This document shows positions 16,393 to 28,178 of a DNA stretch of 64,000 nt, piece by piece. Position 1 is the stretch's first letter. Each line of letters begins with the position of its first letter. Under the pieces are notes generated by a model, which saw nothing but the letters and a program-made list of their open reading frames with translations, ran no database searches and was not told the DNA's origin. A program made the translations under genes and the position numbers. The stretch spans positions 345,650,001-345,714,000 of the forward strand of contig OZ024743.1 in NCBI GenBank assembly GCA_964016885.1, given 5' to 3'. Origin of the DNA: Eledone cirrhosa. Its lineage: Eukaryota.

Positions 16393-16464
16393 CCTGGGTA
16401 TCTTGCCGGTTGGTTTTGCTTGTAAAATATGTCCACCGATTTTTCCTGAGACATTCTAACCACA

Positions 16465-17220
16465 TGGCCGCCTCACGTGGAAAGAAGTGATGGGAAAGAA
16501 AGGCGACCCCGATCTAAATACGAATAGAGAAGCCTTACTAGACTTTCCTCTAGCAATGGACGATATCTTATGAATACCTTCTTCCAGCGCAGACATCCAT
16601 AAATATACATGGCATAAGGGGAATCAGGGACAGAGAACAATTATAGATTTTGTTATTGTCTCTGAACTCTTTGATTTTGTACCGGCTCTTCCTGTTATGA
16701 GATGGGCAGAGCTCTCAACTGATCACCATGTAGCTGTCTGCAAATTGAGCCTACTTAAAACCAAAGAAGCCCACAAGATTATCAGGTCCAGGTCGAACTA
16801 CAGGACAAATTGGGAAGTATTGGTGGACAAGGATGTCAACACCAGGTATGCAGATACGATTGCATCCAAATTTAGAATACTCTCTGAGCAAACTGAGGAC
16901 GTTGAGGCAGAGTGGAGATTGTTCAGCTCAGCAATTTCTGCTTCAACTGTTAAATGCTGCGGATGAAAGAGGATTCGGATGGCAGGAGAAACCCTTGGTT
17001 CAATCAAGAGAGGAAAGATGCCATCCGAGGAAAGAAGGAGGCTTACAAATCTTAGTTTGGAAATAAGACCTCCTTATAGCACTTGCGGTACAACCAGGTA
17101 CGAAGAATGGCAGCAAAGACAATAAAGGCGTCCAATGTTAAGACACGGGAGGATTTAGGGTTAAGCTGGAATCCGATTTCAGATCATCAAATAAAGTGTT
17201 CTGGCAGAGCACCTGATGAC
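16465..17220 (+). mobile_element. RTE-like LINE fragment, C-terminal part of APE endonuclease and linker (pseudogenic)
   Basis: Translation across frameshifts: TWKEVMGKKGDPDLNTNREALLDF..LMNTFFQ..HKYTW..QRTIIDFVIVS..AELSTDHHVAVCKL. Confidence 0.85.
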
Positions 17221-17266
17221 TTCTTTATATATATAGCACTTGCTATATATATATATATATATAATA

Positions 17267-17340
<74 letters not shown>

Positions 17341-17343
<3 letters not shown>

Positions 17344-17446
17344 CAAAGGAATTGTGGTAAGGAACCAGATGGACCATAATGCACCAGAGTCCAGAAATAG
17401 CCGTCGAAACGGCTTGAGCTCTGCCGTCGGGGTCATACTTTTTCCT
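17341..17446. mobile_element. Inverted mini-insertion of hammerhead family C within (TA)n
   Basis: 17341-17390 is the reverse complement of the 3' end at about 30274-30323. 17388-17446 matches about 30186-30245 directly. Confidence 0.85.
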
Positions 17447-17452
17447 ATATAT

Positions 17453-17580
<128 letters not shown>

Positions 17581-17625
17581 CGTAAAATAAGAAAATTATA
17601 AAATTAACTTACTTACTAAAATATC

Positions 17626-17707
17626 ACTTCCAACTAATTAGTTTCTGGAATGGAGTAAATATATTTTCCGAAGAAGATATGGAGAAACATTCCGTCCTCA
17701 GGGAAGT
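17626..17707 (-). ncRNA. Type I hammerhead ribozyme (family A)
   Basis: Minus strand: ACTTCC-CTGAGGA-c GGAATG...CATTCC a-GAAA-CTAATTAG-TT-GGAAGT. Confidence 0.85.
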
Positions 17708-17861
17708 CTATTCTCAGCTAAGTTTCCAGGCAAAGCGAGGACTCTGGAAACTTATTAAAAAATAATAATTCAGTCCACGCTTTGCTATTTCCTATCCACT
17801 GAATTATTTTTTAATAAGTTTCCAGAGTCCTCGCTTTGCCTGGAAACTTAGCTGAGAATAG

Positions 17862-17943
17862 ACTTCCCTGACGACGGAATGTTTCTCCATATCTTCTTCG
17901 GAAAATATATTTACTCCATTCCAGAAACTAATTAGTTGGAAGT
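17862..17943 (+). ncRNA. Type I hammerhead ribozyme (family A)
   Basis: ACTTCC-CTGACGA-c GGAATG..ATATCTTC ttcg GAAAATAT..CATTCC a-GAAA-CTAATTAG-TT-GGAAGT. Helix I is 6 bp, the helix II extension is capped by cUUCGg, and the triplet is GUU. Confidence 0.88.
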
Positions 17944-18109
17944 GATATTTTAGTAAGTAAGTTAATTTTATAATTTTCTTATTTTACGTCTCTCATATTA
18001 TTGTTCTGCAACCCCATGCATTGAACCACAATGTTACTAAGACAAAACCTATATATTTGCTAGCATTGATATGCATCTGTATGTATATATATGTTACTAG
18101 ATATTAATT

Positions 18110-18159
<50 letters not shown>

Positions 18160-18215
18160 GACGTAAAATAAGAAAATTTAAAAATTTAAAAATCAACTTA
18201 CTTACTAAAATGTTC

Positions 18216-18297
18216 ACTCCAACTAATTAGTTTCTGTAAGGGGATAAATATAGTTACGTAATATAACGATAGAGAAATCCTTACGACATCAGGGAGT
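18216..18297 (-). ncRNA. Hammerhead (family B), core mutated to CUGAUGU
   Basis: ACTCC-CTGATGT-c GTAAGG...CCTTAC a-GAAA-CTAATTAG-TT-GGAGT. Confidence 0.75.
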
Positions 18298-18746
18298 CTA
18301 TTCTCAGCTAAGTTCCCAGGCGATGCGCGGACATTAGGAACCCATATAAAAATAATAATTCAGTGGATGGAATAAAGCTAACGAGGACTAAATTCCAGAG
18401 CACTGAAAAAATTCACTTCCTCTGGTCAGTGGCAGATTCTAAAGAATCAATCACGTGACATTGAGGTTAATCAGTTAGGAGCGGAGTGGTAATATGACAA
18501 GAGCCTACTACTACCATGAATCAGCAGTAAATTTTGGCAAGTTTTGCTCAACAAATAATTTGGAGATAAATAAAGAGAATTAGTACATCTACCAACATAT
18601 GTGTACAGATGCACACCCATGCTAGCAAATATATATGTTATGTCTTAGTACCTTTGTGGTTCTATGCAGGGGGATGCAGAACAATTATATGAAAGACGTA
18701 AAATAAGAAAATTTTAAGAATTAAAAATCAACTTACTAAAATTTTC

Positions 18747-18828
18747 ACTCCAACTAATTAGTTTCTGTAAGGGGATAAATATAGTTACGTAATATAACTA
18801 TAGAGAATTCCTCACGTCATCAGGTAGT
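18747..18828 (-). ncRNA. Hammerhead (family B), intact core
   Basis: ACTAC-CTGATGA-c GTGAGG...CCTTAC a-GAAA-CTAATTAG-TT-GGAGT, with one helix I mismatch. Confidence 0.8.
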
Positions 18829-19264
18829 CTATTCTCAGCTAAGTTCCCAGGCGATGCGCGGACACTAGGAACCCATATACAAATAATAATTCAGTTCTGC
18901 ATCCCTCTGCATAGAACCACAAATGTACTAAGACATAACATATATATTGGTAGATGTACACATATGTTGGTAGATGTACTAATTCTCTATATTTATCTCC
19001 AAATTATTTGTTAAGCAAAACTTGCCAAAATTTACTGCTGATTCATGGTAGTACTAGGCTCTTGTCATAATACCACCCCGCTCCTAACTGATTAACCTCA
19101 GTGTCACGTGATTGATTCTTTAGAATCTGCCACTGACCAGGGACAGTGAATTTTTTCAGTGCTCTGGAATTTAGTCCTCGCTAGCTTTATTCCATCCACT
19201 GAATTATTATTTTTATATGGGTTCCTAGTGTCCGCGCATCGCCTGGGAACTTAGCTGAGAATAG

Positions 19265-19345
19265 ACTCCCTGATGACGTAAGGAATTCTCTATAGTTATA
19301 TTACGTAACTATATTTATCCCTTACAGAAACTAATTAGTTGAAGT
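19265..19345 (+). ncRNA. Hammerhead (family B), intact core
   Basis: ACTCC-CTGATGA-c GTAAGG..TATAGTTA tattacg TAACTATA..CCTTAC a-GAAA-CTAATTAG-TT-GAAGT, with one helix I mismatch. Confidence 0.82.
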
Positions 19346-19798
19346 GAAAATTTTAGTAAGTAAGTTGATTTTTAATTTTTAAAATTTTCTTATTTTACGT
19401 CTTTCATATAATTGTTCTGCATCCCCCTGCATAGAACCACAAAGCTACTAAGACATAACATATATATTTGCTAGCATGGGTGTGCATCTGTACACATATG
19501 TTGGTAGATGTACTAATTCTCTATATTTATCTCCAAATTATTTGTTGAGCAAAACTTGCCAAAATTTACTGCTGATTCATGGTAGTAGTAGGCTCTTGTC
19601 ATAATACCACCCCGCTCCTAACTGATTAACCTCAGTGTCACGTGATTGATTCTTTAGAATCTGCCACTGACCAGAGGCAGTGAATTTTTTCAGTGCACTG
19701 GAATTTAGTCCTCGCTAGCTTTATTCCATCCACTGAATTATTATTTTTATATGGGTTCCTAATGTCCGCGTATCGCCTGGAAACTTAGCTGAGAATAG

Positions 19799-19879
19799 AC
19801 TTCCGACGACCTAAGGAATTCTCTATAGTTATATTACGTAACTATATTTATCCCCTTACAGAAACTAATTAGTTGGAGT
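19799..19879 (+). ncRNA. Hammerhead (family B), degenerate core
   Basis: Same position in the monomer; core reads CCGACGA; GAAACTAATTAGTTGGAGT is intact. Confidence 0.65.
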
Positions 19880-20058
19880 AAGTAAGTTGACTTTTAATTT
19901 TTAAAATTTTCTGATTTTACGTCTTTCATATAATTGTTCTGCATCCCCCTGCATAGAACCACAAAGGTACTAAGACATAACATATATATTTGCTAACATG
20001 GGTGTGCATCTGTACACATATGTTGGTAGATGTACTAATTCTCTCTCTCTCTCTCTCT

Positions 20059-20095
<37 letters not shown>

Positions 20096-20189
20096 GAACG
20101 ATCGACTTTCGTCAAATCGGACCGAGCGAACAATGTTTCCGTTGGTCTTTCCAATTGCTAGTACTATCTATCGGTCGCAACTCCAGGTA

Positions 20190-20308
20190 GAAGGAGCAAC
20201 GTGAAATAAAGTGTCTTGCTCAAGGACATAGCGCATCGCCTGGTCCAGGAATCGAACTCACAACCTTACGTTTGCGAATCCAATTCTCTAACCACTCCGC
20301 CACATGCC
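20190..20308 (-). mobile_element. tRNA-derived CORE-type SINE head (family 2)
   Basis: Minus strand: A-box TGGCGGAGTGG, B-box GAGTTCGATTCC, then CORE-like GTCCTTGAGCAAGACACTT. Confidence 0.85.
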
Positions 20309-20333
20309 TTTATATATATTCATACGCACATAA

Positions 20334-20373
<40 letters not shown>

Positions 20374-20406
20374 TATATAATATATAATATATATATATAA
20401 TATATA

Positions 20407-20447
<41 letters not shown>

Positions 20448-20452
20448 TTATA

Positions 20453-20594
<142 letters not shown>

Positions 20595-20914
20595 TTATAA
20601 TATAGTTTGATATACGGTAATGATTGATCTCTAAATGATTGATTTTCTTGTATTGAATGTTTGATGTTCGTTTTACAATCAGTATTTTACACCATAGTAA
20701 ATTCGCAAGCACTACTGAACTGTTTTAGTAAATTGCATCGTAATCAGAAAATATATATCTGAAGGGTTTACTCCATCATGACCTTATCTTCGATGGGTAA
20801 AAGAGACGGAAAAAAATATATTCCGTCTCACATTCTGATGTACAATATTAGTTTTCGAGTAATCCATGCAAGCGAAGAAAAACGAACGTAATATTCATGA
20901 TGATGATGATGATA

Positions 20915-20995
<81 letters not shown>

Positions 20996-21062
20996 ATACT
21001 TTGGGAGGATCATGTTGCCAATAAGAAACACACGCACCAGTTGTGAAACAAATTCAGAAACG

Positions 21063-21108
<46 letters not shown>

Positions 21109-21109
21109 T

Positions 21110-21299
21110 AATAATTGTTTCTACTTTAGGCACCAGGCCAGCAAATACCCAGTGCATTACTGGTACTTATTTTATCGACCCCATAAGGATGAAAGGCAAA
21201 GTCAACCTCGGCGGGATTTGAACTCAGACCGTAAAGGGACGTAACTATGGTGGAAAGCATGGCGTCCGACCCTCTACCGATACTGCCAATCCACCGCCC
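21110..21299 (-). mobile_element. SINE family 1, near full length
   Basis: Minus strand: GGCGGTGGATTGGCAGTATCGGTAG (A-box), GAGTTCAAATCC (B-box), AATTATT tail. A 3' fragment is adjacent at 21314-21420. Confidence 0.9.
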
Positions 21300-21452
21300 T
21301 AATATATATATATAATAATTGTTTCTATTTTAGGCACAAGGCCAGCAATTACCCATTGCATTACTGGTACTTTATTTTATCGAGCCCGTAAGAATTAAAG
21401 GCAAAGTCAACCTCGGCAGGAAACAAAAGATAGTTATTTTAGATCATCTCTA

Positions 21453-21530
<78 letters not shown>

Positions 21531-21580
21531 AGTATGTATGTATACGTACATACATATATGTATACAGACGTACAGTAGCA

Positions 21581-21670
<90 letters not shown>

Positions 21671-21819
21671 CAGGTACACATACATATATGCACGCATCGG
21701 TTTAGCGGACGCTTATTATAACGCCGCTTTGTTCGTTTGTCAACAAACTGAACAGCCTGAATTTATGCCATACGGTGTTAAGGCAACCACGTCACCTTTT
21801 TGTTCAACACTGACACAGG

Positions 21820-21864
21820 AACGATGTACTAGTTTCAAGCTTGTTAGCTATCATCAGCACCGTT
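21820..21864 (-). ncRNA. Minimal type I hammerhead (family D)
   Basis: AACGGTG-CTGATGA-t AGCT aaca AGCT t-GAAA-CTAG-TA-CATCGTT. Confidence 0.88.
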
Positions 21865-22098
21865 TACCCATCTGCCAGATAGTTGAACGTTCGAAAGTAT
21901 ATACTTTCCTTATGAAAATTAACGGCTGAGCAGCCTAATTTGCATATTGAGTGAGTTAAATCGGTCAGGCATACCGAAAACGATAAGTTGAAAAAAATGA
22001 AAACGAAATTTCATTTCTCACTCTTAGTATGGCACTTACCTAAATGTAAGTATGTATGTATACGTACATACATATATGTATACAGACGTACAGTAGCA

Positions 22099-22172
<74 letters not shown>

Positions 22173-22352
22173 CAGGCACACATATATATATTCACGTATC
22201 AGTTTATCTAACATTTATTATAACGTTCGCTTTGTTCGTTCGGTGCGCCTGGCTGACTGAACTCACTCGATATGCAAATTAGGCTGCTCAGCCGTTAATT
22301 TTCATAAGGAAAGTATATACTTTCGAACGTTCAACCATTTGGCAGATGGGTA

Positions 22353-22397
22353 AACGGTGCTGATGATAGCTAACAAGCTTGAAACTAGTACATCGTT
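22353..22397 (+). ncRNA. Minimal type I hammerhead (family D)
   Basis: Identical to 21820-21864: 7-bp helix I, ACUAGU palindrome in place of helix III, GUA triplet. Confidence 0.88.
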
Positions 22398-22689
22398 CCT
22401 GTGTCAGTGTTGAACAAAAAGGTGACGTGGTTGCCTTAACACCGTATGGCATAAATTCAGGCTGTTCAGTTTGTTGACAAACGAACAAAGCGGCGTTATA
22501 ATAAGCGTCCGCTAAACTGATGCGTGCATATATGTATGTGTACCTGTATGTATATATATATATATATATATATGCATGCTACTGTACGTCTGTATACATA
22601 TATGTATGTACGTATACATACATACTTACATTTAAGTAAGTGCCATACTAAGAGTGAGAAATGAAATTTCGTTTTCATTTTTTTCAACT

Positions 22690-22723
<34 letters not shown>

Positions 22724-22749
22724 TATATATATATATATACACATATATT

Positions 22750-22832
<83 letters not shown>

Positions 22833-22838
<6 letters not shown>

Positions 22839-23051
22839 TGTCAATATGAATGGACCTGTTATTTTTATCTAAAGATATTTTTTTTCCGACTCCACCCCGT
22901 CTGTTCCTCCAATCTATCTTATTTCTCATTCTTTCTTCTGATGAAGGTCTAGCGTCTAAAATGTTAGGACACTCTTCCTGCTATTTCAAGCGTTAACCTA
23001 ATATATTTCTTCCATATACTCTACCGACTGTGTTATTTCTGTTTACCTTTT
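22833..23051 (+). mobile_element. Penelope-like terminal repeat fragment (family E) with decayed hammerhead at 22934-22969
   Basis: Reverse-complement homology to 45120-45345. TCTT-CTGATGA-AGGTCTAGCGTCT-AAAATGTT shows a mutated GAAA. Ends in (CA)n. Confidence 0.75.
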
Positions 23052-23084
23052 ACACACATACACAGACACACACAGACACACACA

Positions 23085-23135
<51 letters not shown>

Positions 23136-23142
23136 ACACACA

Positions 23143-23204
<62 letters not shown>

Positions 23205-23539
23205 TACACACATATATATATATATATTGGATCATGTTAGAGCATTGCTTTCAACGGATCTTTGTTAATCATATAGATCGTGGTACTCATTTCGTTAAGT
23301 CTGCTACTAATTTCATCGATCTCTATTTGTTAAACCACGTTTTTCGGTGGCAACAACAAACAACAAATATAAACAAAATACACACACATACGCATATACA
23401 TTTAACAGAGCTGGATAGTTAACTCTCTAAAGTACAGTATACACGTACTATCTGAATTCCAACAATGTTTGGCGCTTGCTTAAATAAGCAATATTCGTTT
23501 CGCAATATAATGTTTCGAAAAATTCATAACCTCCAAAAT

Positions 23540-23714
23540 AATTGTTTCTAGTTTAGGCCCAAGGCCAGCAATTACCCAGTGCATTACTGGTATTTATTTT
23601 ATCGACCCCGTAAGGCAAAGTCAACCTCGGCGGGATTTGAACTCAGATCGTAAAGGGACGTAACTATGCTGGAAACATGGCGTTCGACTCTCTACCAATA
23701 CTGCCAATCCACCT
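23540..23714 (-). mobile_element. SINE family 1 with TSD
   Basis: A and B boxes as at 21110. ACCTCCAAAATAAT at 23529-23542 and 23711-23724. Confidence 0.9.
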
Positions 23715-26599
23715 CCAAAATAATGTTAATAACACAGATAGCATACATATGCCACTGTATGGACTTATGACATGTAAATCTAGCGGTCAAGCTTCAAACA
23801 TTGTAATATGAAAATGTTTCCCGCCAACTAAAGCTCCACATTGGTCAACTCGAGATTATTGCAAGTACTTGTTGAAGGTGCCACTCATTTGGACCAAACC
23901 AGACCCCACGTGATTCCGAAGTGAATTACTGAACCCCCTCTTTGAGATTTGAATAACTGCAAATATTTTGCCCAAATCACAACTGGTTGTTCATTTTTTA
24001 TATATTTCTACTTAAGTACGTTCATTTGGAATATCGAAGCTTGGATATGTATATATAATTAACACGGTAGTATCCATCATGGAATTTGTCTAATGAGAAT
24101 GTCAGATGTTTTATTTTTCAGCATCTTAAATTAAGAATTGAATAGAATAGGTTTCAAAGGTTAATTAAATGTTATCAGTTTTCAGCCAATGATTAGAGAA
24201 ATAGAAATGATTTTAGTCTAGGAATTGTATGTTTGTAATAGTGTTAATGAAACTAATTGTGATTTTACGTTCTTTACAATTTTAACCACAATGGAAATTA
24301 TAATATCGGATCTATTTCAAATGTATGTATATTTTACTATATATGTTAGATGTCAAACGATTATAGCTATGTTAATCTATCAACGAATAATTACGCAAAC
24401 ACCTACATGTTGACATATTTGGTGAGCATGTCTGTTGAGGATAGTAAGCTGGACAGAGAGATATAGACAAATCAGAATATAAATTCTGTCACGTATCAAT
24501 TAGTACCTCTCCTGAAACTCTAAGCAAATAAATAGTTGTCTTCGCTCTCTCCTATAGGTGATAGACATAATCTCATTAAATCTTCTAGTGAAGACTGTGA
24601 GGTGAGTTGTCATCGGCGGGTAGCTTGCAATATCAGAAGAGATATTAGAGTAGATTTTTGGTGGTATACCTATTAACCGGTTTATAGCTCCATAAAGGGA
24701 AAAATGGTTTAGACACCTGATAAGAAAGCCAATTGATCAATCAGTCCCATAAACTTATAACACCAAGCGCACGTTTCATGACTGGATATTCACGACGCAG
24801 TGGATTGACAGTGCTACACACATACTCTGCGCATGCAAGATGACACTAGCACTACTTAAGTCGCTACAGTTTCCTTTAGATCACAACCTTCTACACCTTC
24901 TGGATAGAAGAGATTGTGTTCTCTCAAAAAAAAAAAGAGTAACTAAATTAGCATTTAAACAGATGCAAAGTATTGCCATTTGATAACATAGAAAACAGCA
25001 TCACATTTCTGACGACAGAAAAGACAGATTTTATTGCATAGGTAAAATCCTTTGGGTTTCCATTGAACAGTCAACATAATTAGCACTTGTATTATAATGA
25101 AGAATCGCACAATTTTACCAAGTGTCCCTGTCATAAAAAACGAAAAACGAAAGAAATAAAATATTTTATAATATTTTATAGCTTGTTTCTTATGCTATCA
25201 CAAACATACATACATGTGCTCACATACACACATGATATTAGCTTCGTTTCACATAATTATATTTGGGTTGCCTGCAGAGAAAATGGACTTTAAATCAAAC
25301 AGTAATTTAACGCAGCCAAAACTTTAAATTAACTAAATATATACTCGGAGACATTCAATATTTGGCGTAAAATTTAATTTTCTGAAGTTGAGAATTATCT
25401 AATTAGAGCTGCAATTCTGTTGCTTAGAGTCATCTGTTTGTACAAGGTAAGTTTTATCTCCCGCACCATGCTCTGCGTGATTACACCAAAATAAACCCTA
25501 TTACTACGCAATAAACCATACAGTAATACTACAAGCTTCAGTAACACTACATTCTATATTACTGTAAACAACCATAAGATTATATCTCTAACTAGAACAT
25601 TAAATATACCAATGTTTATGAGCCATTGACAGAGATTCTACGTAGTAACACGATTTGTTAAAACTAGTTGCTAAATCACCTTTAAATTATAGCCTACCAC
25701 GATAAAAATTAAAGAACACATTGGACAAACGAAATATCTAAAAGAGGGATAGGAAGTCATGGCTGGAATGCCTTTAATAATAGGCTTCAATAGGAATAGT
25801 TAACTGTGGGATAGACAACATCAAGAGTAAGGAGACGATAAGTAAAATGGAAGGAATTTAATGGACATTCACTGATTTCAATGTTATGAATGAATGCTAC
25901 TTGTTCTATCACTAGAATAACTTACATGTGAAATTACCGTGTAGAAACTAGTATACACTTAAGGCGATACTCAAAGAGGGGATCAGTGTGACATTGTATT
26001 TGATAAGGTTGACATTTTGAATCACAGGTACAGTCCAATCAGAGGGTTTTCATAATTTCCGTCTATCCAAATTTCACTCACAAAGATAGGATCGAACCGA
26101 AGATATGTAAATAACATTTCTCTAAAATGCCAAGAGTGGAATCAAAACCAGGAAGTTATGACTGAAATTCAAACTTCTTATGCTTTCAACAATGATGCGT
26201 CTTTAATTAATGTAATACAATAAAGTACTCCATAATATACTGCAATACAATTTAATAAGAACAACAAAATGAAATACTCACTATAATTAATATCACTATA
26301 ATTTACTACAATTACTATAATTAATATCACTATAATTTACTACAAAACAAAACGATTTGTAGAGAAAACGAAGAAAATCTCTATATGGTGACTGCAAATT
26401 TTTATGTTTATTTCGTGAACACATCAATATGCATAAAGCGTATGCATATTGCTGCGTATCTCGACCGGAATAGTGTAAAGTGTGTGTTTGTGTTCGTTTG
26501 TATGTGCGTATGTGCAGAAAGTAGGTAGAACGAGTTATATGTCTTCACGTGTGTGGGTGAGTGTGTGTGTATGTGTGATAGAGAGAGAGAGAGAGATAG

Positions 26600-26630
<31 letters not shown>

Positions 26631-26647
26631 CGGGGAGAGAGAGAGAG

Positions 26648-26722
<75 letters not shown>

Positions 26723-28079
26723 TAGTGACTTGAATCCTATACTCACAATAAGTGATGTACAGATCAGAAGAAATTTCATGCGACCTGAAGTATCTTGAGC
26801 AAAGCACACGGTTTAATTAGTTCCTTGATCTTTGGTAGTATGCTTGAACGTTGTTTAAGAAATGAAACATTATCAAAGCTTCAGGAACACCGACATATTT
26901 GAAGTTAAGAAAACAAGGGACAAGATCACTATATTCCAAACATTGTGGGTCCTCATATGGTTAAAAGCAGTTTACCGACCACACTTATATTATACTTTAT
27001 CTTATTTCAATCCACCACAGTTTTCCATCTCCGTTCAATTACCCTCCTCCTGCCATTCATCTACGTTCTCCACTTCTAAATCGTCTTTCATATCTCTCCA
27101 TATAGAAAGGCATTCCTACTTATTTCATATTAATTAATGCAATCTTATGATATAGACTTGTATATGACCGGGGTAGTGTCTGTAAGATTTTTCAATTGCA
27201 TTTCTCGAACCATCAAATACCAAACTTTCTCACATTTCTTCTTATTTTCTGTTTCATCAGAAGTCTCCTCGATTCTTCAAGTCTATTTGTTTCACACACT
27301 TTATTTTAGTTTCTTTTTTCGTTTAGTTTCCTGGCGCAATGCGCTAGAGAAGTGAAATCTATTTTATATGAACAGAGTTTGCTCTGAAAGGCTGTGTTTT
27401 CTATTTGCCTTATTATATAATATCCCAAAGAATATTTATTTCAATATCTGTACATATGCAGTATGTTACTTCCGGCATATTTAAACCTTTAACTGCACAC
27501 ACAAACACAAACACAAACATACATACACACTGGCAATACAGATACACCAATGATTTCTAGCATATTTAGTTATGCCGGACTGAAAACGTAATACAAATTC
27601 ACTAGCATTCTTCGTACGGTGCAAATTTTCAAAATTGAATTTAATGGCCTCGCGGTAGTCTCACAATGTGAGTTAACAACTTTGGTGAGTCACAGGAACT
27701 TCAAGTGCTCACCTGTAAACAAATGATGTGTTAGAAAACTGCTGTTGCATTTGTTTGAACCTTAGTGCAAATTGAACCCATTAATACTGCAGAAGCAACA
27801 CATTGCTACAATCCTATACTAAACCATCACTGGCATTTGGCCACCATGCTCCTCCGAAATAATTTATAAATATCGAATGTCATTCCTACCACTGAATCTA
27901 ATTCAATTATCACGTACTCTCTCGATCTTCTCATAGTTCTCCATAACTCTTGTGTATACTATTCTCTTCGTTTTCCTCTCAAATGATTGCTCCTCTTCAC
28001 ATTCCATCTATAAACCCTTATCTACCTTTTCCAGCGTTCATCTCATTATTCTCTATGATTATTCCCCTCCTCTCTCTTT

Positions 28080-28080
28080 G

Positions 28081-28168
<88 letters not shown>

Positions 28169-28178
28169 CCTACCTATC
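28080..28178. repeat. (TATC)n microsatellite
   Basis: Direct inspection. Confidence 0.97.

Larger units (their letters stand above)
18154..20045. mobile_element. Retrozyme-like tandem array (family B), ~520-535 bp monomer, two divergent arms
   Basis: Minus arm 18154-18894 (GAAAGACGTAAAATAAG at 18156 and 18691). Plus arm 18895-20045 (TTCTGCATCCC at 18895, 19415 and 19937). One hammerhead per monomer, no credible ORF, microsatellite flanks. Confidence 0.9.
21527..22692. mobile_element. Second retrozyme-like array (family D), ~520-bp monomer, two divergent arms
   Basis: TGTAAGTATGTATGTATACGTACATAC at about 21527 and 22045 gives a tandem minus arm to about 22240. 22241-22692 is the reverse complement of almost one whole monomer. 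The monomer has an internal (TA)n and one hammerhead. Confidence 0.9.

Noticed and set aside
20235-20308. tRNA gene (also the heads at 21210-21299 and 30486)
   Set aside because: A and B boxes run into SINE bodies; there is no acceptor stem or T-run terminator.
20750-20835. Hammerhead-like CTGAAGG..stem..GAGA CGGAA/TTCCG TC
   Set aside because: Two core changes and no helix I; at most a decayed relic.
21729-21929. 66-aa ORF duplicated at 22288-22488
   Set aside because: It has a TTG start, is antisense to the hammerhead, and its duplication reflects the inverted repeat.
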